Both the position numbers and the translations under genes were made by a program. A stretch of DNA of 45,060 nucleotides, from the NCBI GenBank assembly GCA_003695105.1, contig RFIZ01000017.1, forward strand, positions 1 to 45,060, written 5' to 3'. This document shows, piece by piece, positions 27,783-35,049 of the stretch. The notes under the pieces are model-generated. The model was not told where the DNA came from, ran no database searches, and saw only the letters and a program-made list of their open reading frames with translations. Within the stretch, counting starts at the first letter, position 1. Each line of letters starts with the position of its first letter. The DNA comes from Fidelibacterota bacterium (lineage in GTDB: Bacteria; Fidelibacterota; Marinisomatia; Marinisomatales; J089).

Positions 27783-28832
27783 TTAAAAGGACAGACCGAC
27801 GGTGTAGGCGTGGGTGTTCCCGATGATGCCAATATCCTTGAAGGCATAATCGATCCGGACACTGCGGTTTCCAAAGAGAAACCATTCCAGCCCGACCCCG
27901 AAGGTGGGCCCGTATTCGGAGCGGTCCATGAACAGGGCTTTGGCCCCGGCCCGGACAGACAAAACGGCCTGCCCCGGAATCCGGATGGAATATTCCCCAC
28001 CCACATTCACCGATTCGGAGTTGTTGTTGGGATGGAGGGCGTCCACGGCCAGGGTGAGGGTTTGAAAATCGGAATAGACGGGCTGGACCGAAACCCCGAT
28101 GCGGAACATCAACGGCAATTCCCAGGCCTGGAGTCGGAACTGACCCGGAACATCGGAAAAGTTTCCGTTTTCGTTCTGTTTGATGTCAATCGGGACCAGG
28201 AGATCGATGCCGTCATATTTCATCCGGGTACCGTAGTTGGAGATGCTCATGCCGATTTTCAGGCCGTGGCTCTGATCTCCGTGAGGTGCGAAAAACCGGG
28301 TGGTGACCAGCACACCCAAATCCAACGCCAGGGCCCGGGCCTGGGACCGCCAGATGCGGGAGGAAATGTATTTGACGGAACTGCCGAAGGCAAACCAGGG
28401 CGCCAGTTTGCGGGCAAAGGACAAATTGACTGCATATTCATTGGCCGTGAATTGTTCTCCCGTTCCCTCCTGGCTTTCCAGAGACGTCACTTCCATATTG
28501 CCGTAACTGATCTGGCTCATACCCACTCCCAGGGTACCGATCCCGGTCAAATGAGTCGCCACCCCGGTGAAGGACGTGTTGATATCGATGAACCAGGGTT
28601 GATAAACGAACTGAGCTTCACTCCGGCGGATGTACGCCAATCCGGCCGTGTTCCAGTACATGGAGGACAGGTCGTGGGCCACGCTGACGTAAGCATCTCC
28701 CATGGCCGAAGCGGCGCTTCCCATACCGATCTCAAGGAAGTTGGCCGCAGTGGTCCCCACCCGGTACGGGCGCTGGGACCAAACCGGAGCCGTCAGGAGG
28801 AAGATCAGGATGAGGGAACACAGTTTTTTCAT
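27783..28832 (-). CDS. PorV/PorQ-family outer-membrane beta-barrel (second copy in the window, inside the glycan operon)
   Basis: Start at M38 of the track ORF (ATG 28832-28830, ATGA overlap with the upstream stop), giving MKKLCSLILIFLLTAPVWSQ. Strong PorV-type N-terminus GTTAANFLEIGMGSAASAMGDAYVSVAHDLSSMYWNTAGLA. Ends in an OMP-type terminal ...YTVGLSF. Confidence 0.75.
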   Translation of the reverse strand: MKKLCSLILIFLLTAPVWSQRPYRVGTTAANFLEIGMGSAASAMGDAYVSVAHDLSSMYWNTAGLAYIRRSEAQFVYQPWFIDINTSFTGVATHLTGIGTLGVGMSQISYGNMEVTSLESQEGTGEQFTANEYAVNLSFARKLAPWFAFGSSVKYISSRIWRSQARALALDLGVLVTTRFFAPHGDQSHGLKIGMSISNYGTRMKYDGIDLLVPIDIKQNENGNFSDVPGQFRLQAWELPLMFRIGVSVQPVYSDFQTLTLAVDALHPNNNSESVNVGGEYSIRIPGQAVLSVRAGAKALFMDRSEYGPTFGVGLEWFLFGNRSVRIDYAFKDIGIIGNTHAYTVGLSF

Positions 28833-31800
28833 TTGATCACCGCAAATTTTCCAAGTTTCTCTTTCCCGGTCCGCCACGATTTCACATGGTAGAGGTACAT
28901 TCCCGCGGCGATCTCCAGGTTTTCCCGGGTCAGGAGGTCCCAATGAACCAGGCCGTTGTCGGGAGGATTGTCCACCTGAATTTCATCTACCAGCACACCG
29001 CTGACGGTAAAGATTTTGATCGTACATTGGGCCGGTATATGCGTAAAAATCAGACGCCGCCGCTGGTTGAGAGAGGCATTGGCCAGGGCGGGTTCCATGG
29101 CGTTGGTGGCAATGTAGGGATTGGGAACCACCTTGATCCGGTCCATTTCGTCGTTCAGAGAAGATTCATCGACGGAATCGGTGGCATGGACGGTGAAGCG
29201 GAGGGTGTCCGTCACCCAGAAGGGACGTTTGAAATCGACCTGGTATTGATCGCCCGGCCGGGGATAATTGAGCGTGTCGATATTGGTGAAATCGATGATG
29301 AAGGCTGTCCCGCCCCAGCGACCGTTCGTGGTCAGGGGACCCACCAGGACCCGGTCGATGAATCGATCATACACGCCATTGCGATTGACGTCGTGAACCA
29401 TGATATCCATGAGTTCGTAATTCCCGGACGAATCCACAAAGGACTGATTCTGTACGTAGAAGTCCACCGAGGCCCCCGGAAGCAGTTCCGTGTAACTCAA
29501 CCGGTGGTCGTTTTCATCCCGGACGTTGGACCGGTTGGTAATCTGACCGGTGTAGGCAGCCGGATCACTGGAAAAAATAATGGCATACCGCCAGGGCAGG
29601 AGGTTCGATTCGCGTACCGTGGGTGTCACATGGATATCACCGCTCCCGACAACCCAGCCGGAATGGGCATAATCGAAGATGGGCGTTTCCACCGGCAGGT
29701 CCAACTCCAGCCGGATGCCATCAAACACATCCGTGGCTACACCGTTCCGGTTGAGGGCATAATAATCGAGCGTGTCATCGTAGACTATATTTTCTCCCAC
29801 ATAGCGATCCCGGTCTTCGTGGTATACTACCGAGCTGTCCATTTCATCAAATACGGTGAAACTGTCATTGGTGTAGGACAGGCCGTGGGCGTAGTTCGAC
29901 AGGGTGGCCACCGTGTCCAGGCCGAAAGTCAGGCGGTAGCGGTGATTTGGTTTCAGGGAACCCCGGGCCAGAATTTCGGCCGTATAGGTCCCGCTTCCGA
30001 TCAGGTCCGGATTGTCTTCCGGAACGATTTCCGGCGGGATATAGCCGGCAGCCGGAGGATGGGGCACCACGATCGCCACGTTTTTCCCGTAGCCGATGAC
30101 ATTTTCATTCTCATCCAGTTCGATGACCACGTTGTTTTCGGACGGAGCAATGCCCGGTCCAATATCCGGTGCACCGTAGTCGTAGGCCACCACGGCATAG
30201 TAATAGGTGCGGCCGTTTTGCACCGACCGGTCGATGAAATGGTGTGTGATTCCGGTTTCGGTCCCCAGGTTGTAGCCCACCCCGTTGACCAGACCGAAGT
30301 CGGTGAATCCGAAGATGTCATCCTTTAAATCACACTGGTAGATGGGCAATTTATAGGTCGGGGTGCCATACAGATCCGTAATGATCTCCGGATCGGACAT
30401 TTTTTTATCCGTTGACCGGTAGACTTTATAGCCTTCGAAATCATTCACATTACCCACGAAAGGATCGCGGGTTTTGGTGTCGGCAATGTCATCCCAGGTG
30501 AGAATGACCTCACCGTCCCCTTCCGTGGCGGTCAGGGTCGGCATCCGCGGCGGCTGGGCGAAGCGGTAATCCTTTTCATAGATGACCTGCACGATTCGTT
30601 TCAGTTCGAACAGGGCCGGCGCGGTATGGTCCTCGGAATTCAGCCCCGGCAGTTGATCATAGGAATGCAGTTCCGACATGGATATCCGTTCCGTCTGCCC
30701 CTGATACAGGGGAAAGGGACCGGAGGCAAAGACTTCAATCAGGTTGGTGATACTGCCGGAGTAGTCTTCCAGCGAATCGATTCCGATCAATTCCCACATG
30801 GATTCATCCCCCCGGAACCAGTGTTGATCCGAACTGTGACTGGGGACGGCAAAGAGTCGGAAGGAAGTCAACCCCACCATGTCGGATTCGGACACGTCTG
30901 TCCAGGCAAAGTTGGGTTCACTGCCGACTCCTTCGACAAAATCCGGTTTGTGGTTCCCCTCACCCTCATCGGGCCCGGTGTAATTGATATCCCCCGGGGC
31001 AACCCCATCCAGACCGACGTCATCGCCGGCATATTCAGAAATCTGATAGATGCCATCTCCATTGATATCTTCCCCGTCTTCCCAGTCCTGATCCTCATCG
31101 GCATCCCAGTGCTCATGCAGGTCCTCTTCGGTCAACTTATAGACATCCAAAAATTGCTGCAGATCGGAATAGCCGTCGGTGGGGCCTACCAGAGTTTGGG
31201 CGACGTTATCCCGCTTCTCATCGGTAATTCCGTCCTCATCGTTATCTATTCCGTCGTAGGGCAACCCCGGACTTTCCAGGTAGGCAAAGCCCATGGTGCC
31301 GGGAGTCAATCCGGCGGCTCCCAGACCATTGACGTCCCATGAATAGGCCAGGTCGATCTGGGTGTCGAAAAAACCCAATTCATCATTGGCGCCGTCGCCG
31401 CCGATGGCATTGTCCACCCAGTAGCCAAAAGCTGCATCCCGGATATCGTAATCCGATACATTGGCGATGGTGTATTCCCAGAAGATGGCATCCCGGGCCT
31501 GGGGATTGTTCCACTGAAAACCGCGGGTCTCCACCCGGATACCCAGCCCCCCCCAGGGTTTGCCGCGCTGGATGGTGACATCGGGTTTTAAATCACCGAT
31601 ATATCGACCGGGACGTGGATAGTAGCGGACAAAATCTTCCGGTCCCAGATATTCCTGGTCCTGGGCGTCATTGACCACAAAATAGGTTTCCAGATCGGCA
31701 TACCTCACTCCCCGACCAAACCGGCCGTCCCATTCTCCGGGCCACTTTTTGGTGAATCCCGCCGCCGGCCAGCCCCCTACGGGCCAGGAATCGGGTTTGT

Positions 31801-32290
31801 TGCTCATGGCCGGATATTCCCCGTTTTCGTTGAAGTACCCGAATACGGGATAAAAGCCCCATTCCACGGTTCCGGTGGGATCCCGGTCCATTTCTTCCCG
31901 GTAACTGGTTTGGAGGTAGTAGAGGGTGTGGGTATTGGGATCGGTATAGATATCCAGCAAATCTGTGGTGGGGATCGTGTCCACCGTCGTGGCGTCCCCG
32001 TCGCCTTTGATATACACTTTGGCTCCCACCAGCAGGGCCACGCCGTCCAACATCTTGGTGCCTTCGTACGTGTTAGGCCAACGGGACACGTCTTCCCGGG
32101 GCCAGTCGGACAACTCGGTGGTATTCCGAAAATAGAGAAATACCCGGTTCCCGGTCATGTATCCTTCCCGTTCGGCGGCGATGTCACCGGCGGGGTCATC
32201 CGGACCTTCATACGGTCGTCCCTGACCCCAGAGCCCCGTCAGGAACAGGAGACCGGATAGCAATGCTGCAAAGGATGTGAGTTTCTTCAT
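28829..32290 (-). CDS. Large secreted protein with acidic DxDxDG Ca-binding-type repeats and a variant T9SS CTD; function unknown
   Basis: 1153 aa with signal peptide MKKLTSFAALLSGLLFLTGLWGQ. Central acidic block DGIDNDEDGITDEKRDN ... DADEDQDWEDGEDINGDGIYQ ... DDVGLDG (about nt 30910-31255). C-terminus VVPNPYIATN...GMYLYHVKS...KFAVIK. Starts 3 nt after the TonB-dependent transporter stop. Confidence 0.6.
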   Translation of the reverse strand: MKKLTSFAALLSGLLFLTGLWGQGRPYEGPDDPAGDIAAEREGYMTGNRVFLYFRNTTELSDWPREDVSRWPNTYEGTKMLDGVALLVGAKVYIKGDGDATTVDTIPTTDLLDIYTDPNTHTLYYLQTSYREEMDRDPTGTVEWGFYPVFGYFNENGEYPAMSNKPDSWPVGGWPAAGFTKKWPGEWDGRFGRGVRYADLETYFVVNDAQDQEYLGPEDFVRYYPRPGRYIGDLKPDVTIQRGKPWGGLGIRVETRGFQWNNPQARDAIFWEYTIANVSDYDIRDAAFGYWVDNAIGGDGANDELGFFDTQIDLAYSWDVNGLGAAGLTPGTMGFAYLESPGLPYDGIDNDEDGITDEKRDNVAQTLVGPTDGYSDLQQFLDVYKLTEEDLHEHWDADEDQDWEDGEDINGDGIYQISEYAGDDVGLDGVAPGDINYTGPDEGEGNHKPDFVEGVGSEPNFAWTDVSESDMVGLTSFRLFAVPSHSSDQHWFRGDESMWELIGIDSLEDYSGSITNLIEVFASGPFPLYQGQTERISMSELHSYDQLPGLNSEDHTAPALFELKRIVQVIYEKDYRFAQPPRMPTLTATEGDGEVILTWDDIADTKTRDPFVGNVNDFEGYKVYRSTDKKMSDPEIITDLYGTPTYKLPIYQCDLKDDIFGFTDFGLVNGVGYNLGTETGITHHFIDRSVQNGRTYYYAVVAYDYGAPDIGPGIAPSENNVVIELDENENVIGYGKNVAIVVPHPPAAGYIPPEIVPEDNPDLIGSGTYTAEILARGSLKPNHRYRLTFGLDTVATLSNYAHGLSYTNDSFTVFDEMDSSVVYHEDRDRYVGENIVYDDTLDYYALNRNGVATDVFDGIRLELDLPVETPIFDYAHSGWVVGSGDIHVTPTVRESNLLPWRYAIIFSSDPAAYTGQITNRSNVRDENDHRLSYTELLPGASVDFYVQNQSFVDSSGNYELMDIMVHDVNRNGVYDRFIDRVLVGPLTTNGRWGGTAFIIDFTNIDTLNYPRPGDQYQVDFKRPFWVTDTLRFTVHATDSVDESSLNDEMDRIKVVPNPYIATNAMEPALANASLNQRRRLIFTHIPAQCTIKIFTVSGVLVDEIQVDNPPDNGLVHWDLLTRENLEIAAGMYLYHVKSWRTGKEKLGKFAVIK

Positions 32291-32293
32291 GCG

Positions 32294-34972
32294 TTAAAAT
32301 TCCACTCCCACACTCAGTTTAATACTCCTTGGGGCGGAGTAGGCGGACGGATCGTGAATCCGGTCCTCATAGGTGTTGAAATTGCTGCGATGACCGGCCA
32401 GATCCGTGTCCTGAATGATGGCCGTATACGCCCTGCCGGTCTGACCGTTGACGTTGATTTCGTTTAAGCGGTCGAACAGGTTCCGTACCAGCAACTCAAA
32501 TTTCAGCCTGAAGTGACTGCCCAGGGTTAGTGCATAATGGGCGGTCATATCTACCGTATATCGGGTCGGGCGATAATCATTGTTGGGATACAGGTTGATC
32601 CGGCTGATGAGCCGTTCACCCAATGGCGTGTATGTATAGGGCATGCCCGAATTGTAATAGCCCGTAATGGAAACACCCCCGCGGCCCCGCTCATAGCTGA
32701 CCGTCGCATTGAAGGTATTCCGCTGGTCCCAGTTCAGCGGTATCAGACGATTCACCGGGTCCGTCTGGCTGCCTTCGCGATCAAAGGCCTCCCGGGGATA
32801 ATCCGCATTCCCGCGGGTGTACTGAAGCGTGTAATTCACAAAAATGGCCAGCGGACGCCGGGTGAAATCATATTTTACCTCCAGACCCCGTACATTGCCG
32901 TAATCCTTGTTGGTGTATAACCCGTACTCGATTTGATTGAAAGTGCTGATGATCTTCGTGCTCAACAGATCGTAAATATCCCGGTAGAACAACGAGACCT
33001 CCAGTCCCATTCCCCGGGACAGTTCCTGCCACAGACCGATTTCGTAGGAGACTGTTTTTTCGGCTTTGACCTGAGGATTGCCCATGACGGTGGAATAATC
33101 ATCCGGCCCGACCCGCAGGCTGTGATTCTGATACAGCGCGTAAAAAGGCGGCATCTGGAAAAAATGGCCGTAGCTGAAATGGAGCACAGCCGCATTCCCC
33201 AGCTGGTAGGCCAGACCGAATCGGGGCGACCACTGGAATTTGGGGTCGGCAGGGACCGGATGGGACATGGAATCGGGATTGTCGAATATTTGTTGATTGC
33301 CGGGATTTCGCCGTTGGGACGGATATGTGGCGGCCGGATCGAAATAATCGTACCGCAGCCCCAGATTGATCACCATATCGTCGAATTCCATCTTGTCCTG
33401 GATATACGCCGACTGTTCCACCGGTTTCACATGATAGATATCGGCGTAGATGGTGCTGTCCGGCAGGATGATCGGCTCGTAGAGGTCGAATTCGTTGGAG
33501 GTGCCATAATATTTATTGCGGATTTGGTGCCAGGTATTGGTGATGTCATGGTGGATTCCCAGATATCCCGCCTTCAAACTGTGGCGGGGATTGGCCTGCC
33601 AATTGAGGTCGAACTTCACCGTGGCATCCCGGGTCTCCCGGTAGCTGTGATCCTTGCTTTGCCCACCAGTCAGAAAACCCGGTCCATAGCTGTTGAAATA
33701 TTTATCGTGGACATACCGCGCATCCATGGGATCCTTGTATACATAGGTGCCGCCGTAGTTATAGGTCTGGGAAAATTTGAATTCGTAGAACAGGGCGTTG
33801 GACAGCATGTGATTGACCTGCACGGCCAGCATATGAGCATCCCGAACCGAATGGGGACGCCCGTTGGGATTGTACTTGTAAAAATGATCGTACCACCGCC
33901 AGATGTCGTTGTTGCGGGTATAGAGCAGGTTCCAGCGGAAATGTTTCCACAGATTGAAACTCAGCTTTCCCATCAGAGATTGATTCTGAGTCACGTTCAT
34001 GGGGACCAGGTTTCCGCTGCCATTATGTTCGGAAATCCAATCCAGGGAATCGGGAGAAGTGAAATCACTGTAATCATCGACCAGAAAGCGTTCAATACCA
34101 TTCAGATGTCCCTGATTGTCCTGCAACCGGGAATTGATAAAAAAGGTTATCTTGTCACCCCAAACCGGTCCGCTCAACTGAAACTTCACATCCGTATTCC
34201 GGTTGATATCCGGCTGATCAATTCCGATGAAAATATCTTTATGCGGTGTAAAATAATTCTCTACGGCACCGGAAACGGATCCGTGGAACTCCCGGGAACC
34301 GCTTTTGGTTACCTGATTCACAATGCCGCTCATGGCCCGGCCGTATTCAGCATTGAAGGTTCCGGTGATGACTTCCAGATCCTGGACGGCGTCCGCTTCC
34401 AGATCAACGGTGGACCCGGTACCGCCTACGACTTCATCCACCACCAGACCATCGATCATATAGGAAACTTCCGTGTTGCGACCGCCCCGGAAATGGCCTT
34501 CCACCACGCCCGCCTGCATCTGGATGATTTCACCGATATTTTCCACCGGCAGGACATCCATTTGATCCGCGGAGATATTCTTCGTGGTACCCGTCTGGTC
34601 TTTCTTTTGGGAAATGGCACTGGCCGTCACCACCACTTCCTGCCCTTCCAGAACGGTGGGCTCCAGTTCGGCTTTGAGATAGGCCGTCCGGTTGACGGAG
34701 ACTTTGATCCCTTCCATCCGCAGTTCGGTGTAGCCGATCATCTGGGCGATGACCGTATACGTCCCCGGGGCGACATTGAGGATGAAGAAGGAGCCGTTTT
34801 CGTCGGTGGCAGCCCCGATTCCCATGCCTTCCAGAAATACATTGACGCCCGGCAGGGGTTCCTGGGTATCCTTATCCACTACCGTACCGGCAATCTTGCC
34901 GGTGGTCTGTCCCGCCAGGGGTACCAGAACCAGGGCCAGGAGCAAACTAAAAAACGAGATTCTGTATTTCAT
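32294..34972 (-). CDS. TonB-dependent outer-membrane transporter with N-terminal carboxypeptidase-regulatory-like domain
   Basis: 892 aa. Signal peptide, then GKIAGTVVDKDTQEPLPGVNVFLEG...GSFFILNVAPGTYTV (CarboxypepD_reg). Plug region ISADQMDVLPVENIGEIIQMQAGVV. Beta-barrel ends in ...IKLSVGVEF with terminal Phe. Confidence 0.9.
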   Translation of the reverse strand: MKYRISFFSLLLALVLVPLAGQTTGKIAGTVVDKDTQEPLPGVNVFLEGMGIGAATDENGSFFILNVAPGTYTVIAQMIGYTELRMEGIKVSVNRTAYLKAELEPTVLEGQEVVVTASAISQKKDQTGTTKNISADQMDVLPVENIGEIIQMQAGVVEGHFRGGRNTEVSYMIDGLVVDEVVGGTGSTVDLEADAVQDLEVITGTFNAEYGRAMSGIVNQVTKSGSREFHGSVSGAVENYFTPHKDIFIGIDQPDINRNTDVKFQLSGPVWGDKITFFINSRLQDNQGHLNGIERFLVDDYSDFTSPDSLDWISEHNGSGNLVPMNVTQNQSLMGKLSFNLWKHFRWNLLYTRNNDIWRWYDHFYKYNPNGRPHSVRDAHMLAVQVNHMLSNALFYEFKFSQTYNYGGTYVYKDPMDARYVHDKYFNSYGPGFLTGGQSKDHSYRETRDATVKFDLNWQANPRHSLKAGYLGIHHDITNTWHQIRNKYYGTSNEFDLYEPIILPDSTIYADIYHVKPVEQSAYIQDKMEFDDMVINLGLRYDYFDPAATYPSQRRNPGNQQIFDNPDSMSHPVPADPKFQWSPRFGLAYQLGNAAVLHFSYGHFFQMPPFYALYQNHSLRVGPDDYSTVMGNPQVKAEKTVSYEIGLWQELSRGMGLEVSLFYRDIYDLLSTKIISTFNQIEYGLYTNKDYGNVRGLEVKYDFTRRPLAIFVNYTLQYTRGNADYPREAFDREGSQTDPVNRLIPLNWDQRNTFNATVSYERGRGGVSITGYYNSGMPYTYTPLGERLISRINLYPNNDYRPTRYTVDMTAHYALTLGSHFRLKFELLVRNLFDRLNEINVNGQTGRAYTAIIQDTDLAGHRSNFNTYEDRIHDPSAYSAPRSIKLSVGVEF

Positions 34973-34998
34973 GTGACTGTTGAGTAAAGCGTGATAAG

Positions 34999-35024
34999 GA
35001 GGAGGGAAGCCGCAGCTTCCCTCC
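34999..35024 (-). promoter_or_regulatory. Perfect 11-bp GC-rich stem with tetraloop between the CBM-protein stop and the TBDT start (intra-operon attenuator or RNA-stability element candidate)
   Basis: Plus strand AGGAGGGAAGC-CGCA-GCTTCCCTCCT, arms hand-checked as exact reverse complements. No U-tract follows on the minus-strand transcript. Confidence 0.4.
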
Positions 35025-35049
35025 TTCTCTACCTGATTAATCTGTCGGA

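Noticed and set aside
28829-34972. A search for a SusD/RagB-like gene next to the TonB-dependent transporter.
   Set aside because: There is no approximately 500-aa helical/TPR-like lipoprotein ORF on either side of the TBDT. The flanking genes are a beta-sandwich CBM protein and the 1153-aa acidic-repeat protein. A very divergent SusD cannot be excluded without a structure or profile search.
32933-34987. Very long antisense ORFs. Examples: 684 aa at 32933-34987, 692 aa at 35173-37251, 582 aa at 9914-11662, 566 aa at 17901-19601, 560 aa at 25764-27446, 452 aa at 4392-5750 and 314 aa at 443-1387.
   Set aside because: Each lies exactly opposite a gene with clear family motifs (TBDT, CBM protein, PorU-like, activase, GH9, valS, recG). 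Their translations are low-complexity, rich in G/P/R/H/Q, and have no recognisable motifs. Stop-poor antisense frames are expected with GC-rich third codon positions.
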